From Octopus sinensis (Eukaryota): DNA of 64,000 nucleotides. The stretch spans positions 558,001 through 622,000 of the forward strand of contig NC_043021.1 in NCBI RefSeq assembly GCF_006345805.1, given 5' to 3'. Positions 1 to 13,941 of this stretch are shown here, piece by piece; within the stretch, counting starts at the first letter, position 1; the number at the start of each line of letters is the position of its first letter. A model generated the notes under the pieces. It worked only from the letters and a program-made list of their open reading frames with translations, was not told the origin of the DNA and did no database searches. The translations under genes and the position numbers were made by a program.

Positions 1-155
1 ACTAAGGTGTTTAGAAGTTTGCTAAGCAACTGCATGGTTTCAATCCCAACACACAGCATCTTGCACTAATGTCTTCTACAAAAGTCCCAGGTAAACCAAA
101 ATATTATAAGCGTTTCAAGTCCGAATTGGTAGATTTAATCCATCCAGAAAGAAAT

Positions 156-290
156 CATCATCAGTTAATGTCCACTTTCCATGCCAGCATTGGTTGGACA
201 GCTCGACATGGAGCTGTCCAGCCTCCAACTGTCTATTGTGGCATGGTTTCTATGGCTGGATGCCCTTCCTAACACCAGCCACTTTACAGA
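156..290 (-). mobile_element. RTE-tail fragment
   Basis: catcatc..aatgtccactttccatgccagcat..ggatgcccttcctaacaccagccact, same tail as 55320-55490 reversed. Confidence 0.7.
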
Positions 291-2189
291 GTGTGCTGGG
301 AGCATTTTATGTGGTACCAGCACAGGTGCATTTACTCATCACTGGCAGAGGTGCTTTTTATGTGGCACCAGCACAAATGAAAATTAAAAATATGGAGACA
401 CAGAACCGGTAGATGACCAGATGTGGTACTGAAGTGGTAGAACTGGTAGAGTAACATTTAGTTAGATCTAAACATCAAAACACACTGAGCTCATTCTTCT
501 GGATATAAAACGTCTTAGTTATGTCAACTTCTCCTTTCACCCTTCCACAGACACAGAACACAACAGTTATAGATATACATTCTATTACAGAGGGATGTGA
601 TACAGTGAGAGGGGGGTGCTATGCTAAGAAATGTAAAGCTGAGCCAGGAAGAAAGAACGAGAAGTACCTGTTCATTCTTTCCCCCCAGCTCAACTTTACT
701 TCTCTTAGCATAGCACCCTCTCTCACGTTCCTACAAAGGTGTCACCCTGTCGCATCCCTCTGTAGTAGACCATGAGCATGTTGCCTGAGATACACCAATG
801 TTTTTTACACATAACACAATACAGACATATGACATATATACAAGATTATACAAAACACAAAAGACATCCAGCGCTGCAGACATACAAGCACAGTCATAGC
901 TGGACTACAACGGTCATTCCTCAGCCCACCACCATCATATCATTGTTTCTCTGACCTTCAACTAACCCTCTACACCAGTGGGTCACAACTGGGTCCACAT
1001 GACCATTGCGGAGCCATATAAGATTTTCTTATTAAAAATTTAAGTGCAATAAATTGGTTAAACTTCTGCAATGCACAAAATAATCTGACAATATTTTTAT
1101 ACAATTCCAAATAATATTTAATTCAAAAATGATTTTTTTTTTAAACATCAAACGGTCATAAGGGTGGAGCAGAGTAAAATAGGAATTAAAGGTGGTACAA
1201 AGGTAACAAAAAAAAAAAAGGTTGAGAATCATTACTCTACACTCTGGCCCTCAACTAGATTCTGCAGCACATCAGAAACCACCATCAGACAGATCTTTGC
1301 AACTGATCCCCTACAGGGAACTCTACCAAACCTTCAACTCTCTCTCTCTCTCTCTCTCTCTCTCAACTTATGCATCACAACTCACCAGAAAGCACCATAG
1401 TTACACCTTCCTCTCTCTCTAGTACTCCACTAACCCTCCATAGGGATCAACATCATATTGTTGAGACCGAACATGGTGATAGACAATACAATGGACTGCA
1501 GTGTCTCAAATGACCAGAGACTAAGCCAGTGTTTACATCATCATCCTACCCAAATTCTCATCAAAATATAAGACAAGTGACACTATGAATGAAAAGCAAT
1601 GTTGTAATGGAATGCCTCGCAGTCTGACAAAGATACCGATTTGGTGTTGGAAACAGGTTGTGGAGAACATCAGTGATCTCATTCAGGCCTTCATTAGGCC
1701 CAATTGCCCATCACTTCAGATCTTATGACACGTTTGACTGAAATGATGAGCAGAAGCCCCACCAAAGAAAGTGATTAGTGGACTTTGAACAGACCCTATG
1801 ACCTCGGCAGGCTCACTGGAGTTCAGGTTAAGCCTGAACTTCAGCTGTCAGTAAGAATATCAGTAGAGAGAGAGAATGGAGGGAGAGCAAGTTGCAGAGG
1901 ATTTTAGTTCTGGAGACAAAGGATTGAGTGTTTAGCATGGAGTGTGAGGAACATGACAACGGAAATGGTAGAACAGTTTATTAGTTCATATGTACAGGAG
2001 CTGTTATAAGTAGTAAGAGAGAAAGAGTGGGGGGGGGCACATCTTGTAGTGTGTTGGGGGGGACATCAGTTAGATGCCCTTGGGGGAAGGGCAAGACAGT
2101 TGGGAAAGGTTGAGTTACAGCTAGATAAGAGATTTGAACCATCCACCTACCTAGCTATGAACTTAATTATGAAATAAAGGAGGTGATAA

Positions 2190-2229
<40 letters not shown>

Positions 2230-2279
2230 TCATATATATATATATACTTTATTTAAAAGCAGCAGAAATTTAACAAAAG

Positions 2280-2317
2280 CTGTTACTCGGAGTTTCACAT
2301 TCCCGTTCGTCGGACAG
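2280..2317 (-). ncRNA. Minimal type I hammerhead ribozyme motif (Penelope-like/retrozyme type), U4C core variant
   Basis: Minus strand reads CTGT-CCGACGA-AC(GGGAAT)GT-GAAA-CTC(C)GAG-TA|ACAG: helix I CTGT/ACAG, core, helix II, GAAA, near-palindromic helix III, GUA cleavage triplet. Confidence 0.65.
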
Positions 2318-3018
2318 TTTTGTTAAATTTCTGCTGCTTTGAAATAAAGCATATTACTCTACCTCTGGTATTTGAGTACTCTTTTTTCCACCTTGTTTCA
2401 CATTTATGTGCTTACTCTGGTATATATATATATATAATATATATATATATATACAGTGGCAGACTGGCCAGGTTGCCAGCTTGCTCAATGGTAAGTGGGT
2501 CCCTGCGCCATTAGAATCCATATATGGGGGACCATGTTAGTATCTAAGGGGCCCATCCCCTCAGGTTTGAGAATTTTCTGTTCACTCCTGGAAGAATACA
2601 TTAATTATTTCATCCTGGCTGTGTTTGTAGACAGTTGAAAAGAAGACTTTTAACAAAAAAGAAAAAATTAAAAGATAGCATTGTAGTTGTGGGTGGGTCC
2701 CCTTAGTCTCCTGGCAACCAATATTTTTAGACCCAGTCTGCCACTATATATATCTATCTATCTATATCTAACTATCTATCTATATATATATATATATATA
2801 AGGAGAAAATGGGTTATATATATATATGACAAATCAAATAAACAAATAAAAAACAAAAAAAAATGGAAAACAATGAACGTAAGAATGTGCACAAGAAGTG
2901 TATTAGCTGAAAGGAGAAAGTTAATGTTTTGAGCATAACTCTTTGTTGGAAAGGAGAAAGGGAAAAGTCCAAAGGAGAAGAAGAAATAGCCAACAGCACG
3001 TGTCGTTACACTGCCAAC

Positions 3019-3065
<47 letters not shown>

Positions 3066-5773
3066 GTTGCAAAAATGTTTTTTTTTTCCTAAATAAATTG
3101 CATTTCATATTTGAGGCTCTGATGAAGCTATAGAATGGTCACAAGGCACTCAACTAAAAGTCCACTGCATCTTATAGCAAAAACAGCTGTGAGCTAACCA
3201 AGTTCATAACATAACGATTATTCTTCTTGTCATCTTTTTTCTTTGTATGTATGTATATGTGTGTATATATATATATACACACACACACATACATAATATA
3301 AATAAATACATATATATATATATATATATATATACAAATACATACGTACGTGTAATTTAATGCTATACATCAACATGTAAACGTATATCGATATATTATT
3401 GATTTGTCGGATGTGAGGGTTGCTATATGGGGTATGGGATTAAAGGAGTGGCACTAGAAGGGGAAACAGGGTGAAGGACAGTGATCCTTCGATGAATCAT
3501 AGGTCAAACCAAAGCGTTTGACCCGGTCAATATACACCACCATAGATAGTGCTACAGTATGGCCTGGATCGGGATTACACGACCACCACCATAAACATAC
3601 ACTTGTGCACACGTACACATATGCATACACATACATACACACGTACACTTACATATGCACACACACACACACACTTGCAAACTGGGTTTCCAGGAAAAAA
3701 AATTCAATACTTTTCCTGTGGAATCACAAAGGACGGGAGGTGTAAAAACACCGTATATTACTGGTATTTTAGGTTTTTCAAGAGTTGGTGATTATGCTGT
3801 ACAGACAGGTGAGTTTGTGACATTCACACTTTCCCAAAAATCATTACAGACGCCATGACTAACACCTGATCTGAAATTAAATGAAAATTTCTTTTATTTT
3901 ACCCGCTTCGTGAGAGGGGGAGGGCAGCCACCGAGGACCCTGTTAAAGCTGAAGTTACCCTCAAACTAGAGACCTGATGCTAGAGAATGAACCCTGTACT
4001 GACCCAGGGACAAGGTGGTGGGGGTGACGGATTTATCCCTATCCCCAACCCAGAAATAGAGCAAACACCACAAGGTACCTTATCCGATTCTCTCTCTCTA
4101 CTAATTCTGCTAATCCACGGCATTTTCTTTTATCAGTCCTCGACGGACGAAAGGTAGAGTTGGCCAAGACGGGAATAGAACTGAGAGCGTCGTGAATTGA
4201 GAATTGCAGTTTCATTTAACAAGAATCTTACATCACATTCTGCCTTTATTGAAATCCGCCGAGAGGGACACAGAATTTCTTTCTGGCGAGAATTGAGCTC
4301 AAGTTTGTGATTCCGACCTTTCGTCGTCTGATAAAACCAGGAAAGTGTAAAGCAAAATATATTTGTTGGCGGCCCTCGTCAGCCCTGTTTGAGGCCCTCC
4401 TTTTATTGCGTATTGCACTTTGAGTGTCTTTCTCCTTTCATGGCGATAGGGAGTGATTTTTGAGAGATAATTGACTACTATTTCCAGTAGGTCAAACTTA
4501 AAGGCTATTTCACTGGTTCGTAAAGGTATATTTAGAATCAGCAGCGGACATTAAATGGAAAGTGGCGTGTTTGTAGAAAGGGTGGTGAACACACAGACAT
4601 TTAGGGTGGCGAAAGAACATGAACATTAACGGGTAGGCTGTCTATGACAAGTAACATGGATTAAATAATGTTTAATAACGGTGAGGGAGAGAACTACCTG
4701 AAGGGCAGGTGGAGAGCATGGAGTTTCTTTTTAGTGTCGCCGTAGTTCAACCCCACGCAAGACGGCGATTCCAGTCATAACCATTCGGTTTTATGTACTG
4801 CTTGGAAGGTGTACTTCGATTTTTAGGGCTGTAAGGTGTGGTCTAGGAATATTTGGCTGCTATTTCTTGCAGGTCGAATGACTACTTAAAGGGTGGTCTT
4901 GAGGGTATTCTAGAAAAGGCAGAGTGCAGTGTATGTTGGAGAGGAACAAAGTTTGGCGGAACACACACAGAAATTCATACATTCTTTATTTTATAAAAAA
5001 AAAGGTGAAACAACAGGTGTAGAGGGGGGAAGAGATAGACACACACGCATGACCCTTACTTTCAGAGAAAAGGAAAGAAAATAATAAAGCAATTCCGTCC
5101 AGGAATCGAAACCTAGATACTGGCTCCATTCTATTTAACACAGCAAATGTTTACAGCGCCCGATGGGAGGGGGCATACACTTTTGGCGCCCCAAACCCTT
5201 AATTAACAAACATGAAAGCCCGTAAGAAATTTTGTGCCCCTTCACACCTGCGCCCGAGGGGTAACTGCCCAGCCCCATCCCCTTACTCTGCCACGGCTCC
5301 ATTAACTGATAACAAACTTAACGACGGGTGCCCGCCACATGGAGACGAGACTGCATGCGTGTGTGTGTGTGTGTGTGTGTACATATATGTATGCGTACAA
5401 ACATACATATGGAGGGAGATATACACACAAACTAAAGCTTGTATTTGTGTTTGTGTGTGTACACACACACACACATACACAGATTGTATGCAAAATAATA
5501 ATATATGTGTATGATTATGTATCCGTCACACACATACATGTATGTGTGCGTACAAGGTATGACTGTATGTATATATATATATATATATATATACACATAC
5601 GAGTGTGTTCATAGAGTCGTATAAATCTGAGTCAACATCACCTCATCTACGTTCGTAGAAAACACACATGTATATATATATATTTGTGTATACACACACA
5701 CATGTGTATATGTGTGTGTGTGTGTGTGTGTTTATGAAGCTGGAATGAAAAAGACAATATTGGGAGCACTCAC

Positions 5774-5920
5774 CCGATGTCTGCTGTACTCCAAGCTGGT
5801 CTCCTCCTCATATTGTTTATCTTTGTTGTGTGTGAGCTGAGAGTTCGAACACGCGCGTGAACAACAAGCAGCTCGTGGGATGATGCTGGGCTCGCACAGC
5901 CATCGACAAGGTGGATGTGG
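5774..5920 (-). other. Candidate first exon of an unidentified minus-strand gene
   Basis: Unique CpG-rich sequence with donor GG|GTGAGT at 5773; ATG at 5811 gives MRRRPAWSTADI+GG; upstream lies a long pyrimidine tract on the minus strand (6020-6620). No downstream exon found. Confidence 0.35.
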
Positions 5921-6842
5921 ACAGGCGTGTGTATACGGGTTAGTTTGTGGATGTGTCAGTATGCGTGTGCGCAAATAGAGAGGCGAGCTGTGTGTATACA
6001 TATGCAGGAACACGTACACGGATGGGGGCGGGGCGGGTTGAGAAAGAGAGGAGGAAAGACAAATCGTAACGAGGTGGTGGGGGAAGAGAGAGAGAGAGAG
6101 AGAAAAAGAGAGAAAGAGAAAGAGAGAAGGGGAGAGGCTTAGGAAAAGAAAAACCTGTGATATGATGAGAGAGAAGGAGGAGGAGGGAAGGAAAGAGAGA
6201 AAGAAGATGAGAGGATGACAAATAAGGTGTGTGTGTGACTGTGGGTGTGTACGTGTGTGTGTGGGTTTGCGTGCGTATATGCGTAAGAGTGAGAACTAAG
6301 ATGCACTTAGGAGAGAGAGTGTGAGTGATTGATTGAGTAAATGAGAGAGAGAGAGTGATTGATTAAGTGTGTGAGGGAGAATATTAAGCAATTGAGAGAG
6401 GGTGACAGGAAATAAATGAGAGAGGAAAAGAAAATGAATAGAGGGAGAGAGAGAGAGAATGAATAGAGCGAGTAAGTGAGGGTGAGAGAATGAATAGAGG
6501 GAGAGAGAGAGAGAGTGTGTAGTTAAGCGAGCGAAGCCGAGAGATAGAAGTGATGAGAGAAAGTTAATGAATTAGAGATAAAAAAAGAAGTTGCGAGAGA
6601 GAGAGAGAGATTAAGGCAATATACATACGCGTGTGTATATATAGAACTTTTATTTTTCCTTTTGTTATTGATATATTTTTAATTAGTAATTACTGCTGCT
6701 GCTTCGACTACTACTGCTACTTCAACACCACCTACACATAAATGTGAGTATGGCCCTTGTTTATTTTGTGGTACAAATATCACATACATATATATATACA
6801 GTTTTTGTTTTATATGTGAGAATGTATATCCATGCGCGTGTG

Positions 6843-6896
<54 letters not shown>

Positions 6897-6960
6897 GAAA
6901 GATAATGAAAAAGAGTGAATAGGGAAATCCCTTCACACATGTGTATATATTTGTGTGAGG

Positions 6961-7187
6961 AGAGAGAGAGAGAGTAAAAGAAAAAGAAAGTGGGAGTAAG
7001 AGAGAGAGAGTAAAAGAAAAAGTAAGTGGGAGTAAGAGAGAGAGAGTAAAAGAAAAAGAAAGTGGGAGTAAGAGAGAGAGAGTAAAAGAAAAAGAAAGTG
7101 GGAGTAAGAGAGAGAGAGTAAAAGAAAAAGTAAGTGGGAGTAAGAGAGAGAGAGTAAAAGAAAAAGTAAGTGGGAGTAAGAGAGAGT
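6961..7187. repeat. Purine-rich minisatellite, 6 copies of a 34-38 bp unit
   Basis: Unit (GA)n-GTAAAAGAAAAAG(A/T)AAGTGGGAGTAA; TGGGAGTAA occurs 6 times. Confidence 0.9.
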
Positions 7188-8362
7188 AGAAGCAGTGTTT
7201 TGTTTTTGTTGTTTGTTGTTAAAATATTTTGTTTTTTATTGAATTGGTTAGTTTTCTAAATACTTGTGCTACCACTTCTTTATTTATTCCTCTTACTGTG
7301 CCCCCCTCACTGCTACCACTCTAATCAGCTCTACTCACACTGCCACTCTGTCGGCTGTTGAACATGGTTTCAAAAACGGCTTTTTTCTCTTTTCTTCTCC
7401 TCAAATCTTCTCTCCTGCCTAACGACACGAAAACTGACCAACTTTGATGGGATTTGCCAGAATGGTGGCCTTCTTTTATCGAAGAGCTTTCACTGTTATT
7501 ACTAACACACTTAAATAATAGCATGACCATCACAACATCCTGTTCACCACCTCCCTCTTATCTAGGTGAGGTCTTGCATCTTACAATTCATCATTCTCCC
7601 ATCAATCACCAATACTGTTTTCTGTTCTAATTGTATTCACTTCTTGGGTTTTGACCTCTGCGGGATTTGAACTCGGAATATGAAGGACTATAATTAAATT
7701 CTACATTGCATCTTGATGCTCTAACGAGTCACTGACCTCGTCCAGCTGACATGAAATTATTTCCTTATATAGACATAAGAGTCTGCGAATGATTTAGCTC
7801 CACAGTTTGACAAAAGCTGAAAATGTCAAGTTGTGATGTTCATGGATGATCAAATAGGTTTCAAAGAGATAACAGGAAATACTTTGAACCTTAATTCGAA
7901 ACCGTGATCAACAATTGCTTCTGTAACTCGTGCGTTTTATATTTCAGAAATACGAGAAAATAATTATGGTGTCTGTATTTGTCCTGAAAACGTATTTGTT
8001 TCTAACCGCCATCTTCCCGTCCTTGTCCCTTTTGCAGCGTAACCGAGACCGTTAAGTAGAGTTGGGTAGGAGAAAATTACTGCGGGGCATCACCACAATG
8101 CCTGCAACCGATGTGGACATTACGAAAGGTACTTGAAAGCCATGTTAGATGGAGAAGGGTGGTTCAAGACCCCTTCCCAACGACTTGAACGATCCCTCGG
8201 GTTTCCATGCAATTTCCGTCAGCAAATTCCGCTCAGAAATTTGAGGTTTACAGTAGAAAATACTTGCCTAATGTTCTAGCCAGCAGGATCGAATCTGAAG
8301 CCATGCAGCTGTCAAGTGAATTTCTTAACCACACAGCCTTAAATATCGCCATTCAGAAATCA

Positions 8363-8702
8363 TCATCATCATTTAACGTCCGCCTTCCATGCTAGCATGG
8401 GTTGGACGATTCGACTGAGGTCTGGCAAACCAGATGGCTGCGCCAGGCTCCAATCTGATCTGGCAGAGTTTCTACAGCTGGATGCCCTTCCTAACGCCAA
8501 CCACTCCGAGAGTGTAGTGGGTGCTTTTACGTGCCACCGGCACGAGGGCCAGTCAGGCGGTACTGGCAACGGCAACGCTCGAAAATGGTGTTTTTTACGT
8601 GCCACCTGCTCAGGAGTCAGTCCAGCGGCACTGGCAACGACCTCGAATGTTTTGTTCACGTGCCGCCGGCCACAAGTGCCAGTAAGGTGACGCTGGTAAC
8701 GA
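8363..8702 (-). mobile_element. RTE LINE 3'-end fragment (same subfamily as 18356-18770)
   Basis: (CAT)n then ttaacgtccgccttccatgctagcatgggttgg...gtgccaccggcacgagggccagtc, near-identical to the 18.4 kb copy. Confidence 0.85.
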
Positions 8703-9282
8703 ACAACGAAATTTATAACTAAGAGGATAATAGGATGAAACTTAAGTGAAGCGACGAGACTTGCTACTTAAGAAGTTAGCAGGGATTGTAAAAAAGAAAA
8801 GCACCTCAACCAACTGATTAACTTAAGTCTGTGTTATTGGGTGGGGAGGCATAAATTACTTTAAAATCTTAATTTTTTTTTTTTAAGTGAAAATCCTTCG
8901 GAGTCTCATTAATTTACCAACTTGAGTTACTAGAACCTTCCTACACGCACTACTTTGGTGTGTGTGTGTGTAGCGTCTTTGAATGTGCATAACTGCAACC
9001 CATTGACTTCGAAACACATATGCCCCACTAAAATCCAAAACAGGTGCCTGGGAAGAGAGTTGGTGTTACGTAGATATTTCAATATTATAAGTTCATCGGA
9101 TATATTGGTCATAGATAAGAAGTCCAACATAGGAGAATGTTGTGTTAAATCGTTTATGAAATCTTCTGATGAAGTAACGCGTGCAGAATGTTACTCATAC
9201 GTAATAATCGTGTGTCACCGAAACACGTGTAAGCGTGTTAATAATTTAATGCTATGTTCCGGTGTTGAACTTTTTACTTTCT

Positions 9283-9328
<46 letters not shown>

Positions 9329-10089
9329 ATTTCAGTAAAAACAATTAAGATACAAGTGAGTTCCAATGAATTCACATGAATGCGATATTCAAATTCTGCC
9401 AAGGTCGACTTTTCATGTTTTCTGGGGTCAATAAAATAAATACCAGTTGAAAACCGGGTCGATGTAATCGACTTCCCTACAAAAAAAAATCTAGCCTTAT
9501 GCGTGTAGCAGAAAGTATACACAGACATTGACACATTTTCGTCTTGGGCAACTTTCTAAAAAGTTTGTCACTCTTATGAAATTGATCTGACAACTGTGTC
9601 TGTGTATATGAGAGTGTGTGTGTGCGTAATTGTTTTTTCTTTTATGTGAACTGGACATATATTTACATAAAAACTACATGTGGGTGTGTGAGTATAATTG
9701 TGTATGTGAGGCTCTATTTGAACTGGTGGCGGATACATAAATACTAATGGAACACTGGGTCTTCAGTCACCCCCACCTCACTCCCTGTGAATAAGCGGTG
9801 TTGACCGCCTTCACCTGATACAAAGATACGATAAGTGAACTGGCTCAAGTGTGAATCGAAACCCTACCGCCCAAAACGATTTGCTACCACTGCCCAACGT
9901 AGCTACGTGTGACGAATAGCTTTTAATCTACTTAATACCGTTTAACATAGGTTCTCCAAAATAGAATAGCTTAATAGGTCTTCATTTTAAAACTAGTGGA
10001 CAGCATACAATCTGAGCACTTGTATACAAGACTAATAGCTCTCGCTTTACCGTTGTACAGTGGAGGGCACTAGTATTGACTATATACCA

Positions 10090-10159
<70 letters not shown>

Positions 10160-10161
<2 letters not shown>

Positions 10162-10343
10162 TTGCCCCCCCCCCCAACATCGCTTGACAACCGATGTTGG
10201 TGTGTTTACGTCCCCGTAACTTGGCGGTTCGGCAAGAGACCGATAGAATAAGTACTAGGCTTACAAGGAATAAGTCGATTTGTTCGATTAAAGGCGGTGC
10301 TCCAGCATGGCCGCAGTTAAATGACTGAAACAAGTAAAAGAGT
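10160..10343 (+). mobile_element. SINE family A 3' half
   Basis: cgcttgacaaccgatg..ggcggtgctccagcatggccgcag..gaaacaagtaaaagag. Confidence 0.8.
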
Positions 10344-11443
10344 ATATACACACACACACTGCATTACCAATCTATTTGATTTAAGGTAAATTCAAAATTG
10401 AAAACGGAATGAATATTTAATAAAACAAAATGAAAAGATAAAGTCAATCCATTGACACACAAAACATTGCAGCCAGCGATTGTTGGAGCAATTCGTTTCC
10501 CCATCCTCGATGTTGAGGCCACTTGAAGAATCATTGCTCTGATAGCATCGAGGAAAATTGCCTTCGATTTTCCAGACGATACCTACCAGTATTGAGAAGA
10601 TCATCTCGTCCGAGTGTGTGTCATTGCAAGCTAAGACTATCTTGTTTCGACATTGGCTGACGTTGGGGTTAGTTTAAATATATTATTTCAGTGAATTTCG
10701 GTAACCTTCTGGCACGAGAACACGTGCTTGATCACATCTATCTTAACCTTTGACACGCGTCTGTGCCCACGTGAAGAACCGTGCCAACTTGGACAGCACC
10801 ACTGTCCAGTTTGTTACTCTTCTGAAACAAGTGAGCCGTGCACCAGTCTCTTATCAACAAAATGTCTGCAAACACAGATTTGGCCTGGGTCTAAGTAGCA
10901 CCGCATGGTCCCTGCGGCGGACATGTTTCCGGTTTGAGATAATATTGAGGTCGCCTGACCTTCCGCTGCCATCAGATTCTCATCACCACGCGCCATGCTG
11001 CATCGCTTCACAGCATCATTCCGAACACTCGTTTACGGGGTCTTTAAGGACTGGTGGCAAGATCTTCAAATCAAACATCTGGCTCGATAAAAGCAGCCAA
11101 GGCGCCATCTGGTATTTAGATTCTGTTTATAAAATGGTAAGAGCAGGGTTAATATGGTGTCGTGGCAACGACCTCTGACCAGAGGGATAGTAGCAGTAGG
11201 CATTAGTATTGGGGTTGCAGAGAGGAAGGAAGGGAGGGAGAGAGAAAGAGAGGAGTGTTGTTTACGATCTGGAAACTGACTCACGTTTATCTTCAAACAC
11301 AACTGAACAAGTTGCGTTAATAAAGATGCCTCACCAGTGGATAACACGTCGTTAGAATTGATTTCTTTCTATTATAAATTACAATTACAATATAAGTTGT
11401 TCATCTGTTGTGTGTGTATAATATATATATATATCTTTTTAAT

Positions 11444-11640
11444 CTTTTACTTGTTTCAGTCATTTGTCTGCGGCCATGCTGGGGCACCACCTTTAGTGGC
11501 GCAAATCAACCCCGGGACTTATTCTTTGTAAGCCCAGTACTTATTATATCAGTCTCTTTTTGCTGAACCGCTAAGTGACGGGGACGTAAACACACCAGCA
11601 TCGGTTGTCAAGCAATGCTAGGGGGACAAAATGTGTGTGT
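11444..11640 (-). mobile_element. SINE family A 3' half
   Basis: ttttacttgtttcagtcatt..cacaccagcatcggttgtcaagc. Confidence 0.8.
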
Positions 11641-11702
11641 ATATATATACACATATATATATATATATGTGTATATATATACACATATATATATATATAC
11701 AT

Positions 11703-11740
<38 letters not shown>

Positions 11741-11904
11741 TATATAATGTCATACGATATAGTGCATATTTATACACATAAGGAATCCACTTAGCGTGAA
11801 ATTCAACACATTTGAGAGAACAGCTAGGTTCTGTAAACCACAAAAATAACGGATAAAATTCGACAGGAATAAATTTGGAAATGAAAAACATTTACCATCT
11901 AGTA

Positions 11905-13490
<1,586 letters not shown>

Positions 13491-13539
13491 TTATACATCA
13501 AACACCTAAATTCCAAAACCCTGAACCGCAATTACAGAA

Positions 13540-13872
13540 ATCTGAAATCAGAAAAAGTGCGGTGTAGCGGAAGGCCTGTTTACAGGTTTCTGTATCAATG
13601 CGCACGTCTTATATATAGTTTAATATTTTAATTACAAAAAAAACTAATTGATGAAGAAAATAAAGAAATAATTAACATGTATTGCTATTTTTGCTTTTAT
13701 TTAAAATCTTACATTGCAAAACTTTGCATTTTCCCCTTTAATATTTGATTCTGATGGACGGAACTATTTATTGTTGTGAGGTTTTTTCAGTTGAACGGAA
13801 GTGAGCAGAGAGAAAGGTTGGAGGTTTTTTGTGGCGGATTTTGTTGGTTTTTGTCCGAAGCCGAGAGAAAAA
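13540..13872 (+). promoter_or_regulatory. Probable SPT4 core promoter/5' UTR with ETS-type motif
   Basis: CpG-retaining segment directly upstream of the ATG; CGGAAGTG (ETS consensus) at 13796-13803; no obvious TATA box. TSS not determinable from sequence. Confidence 0.5.
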
Positions 13873-13941
13873 ATGTCTTTGGATGCGGTCCCGAAAGATA
13901 TGAGGAACCTGCGGGCTTGCCTGCTCTGTTCCTTAGTTAAG
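13873..13941 (+). CDS. SUPT4H1: Transcription elongation factor SPT4 (DSIF small subunit), exon 1 of 4
   Basis: ATG 13873 encodes [23 protein letters not shown] (69 nt, CLLC zinc pair), matching the recalled human N-terminus [23 protein letters not shown]; donor AAG|GTAAAC at 13942, phase 0. Confidence 0.98.

Noticed and set aside
3480-3530. CGATGA plus GGTCAAAC/GTTTGACC stem as a further hammerhead
   Set aside because: The elements are not in hammerhead order; only an 8-bp hairpin is supported.
10814-11011. Possible mariner transposase fragment
   Set aside because: No WVPHEL/YSPDL/DD34D-type motifs or TIRs found in any frame examined.
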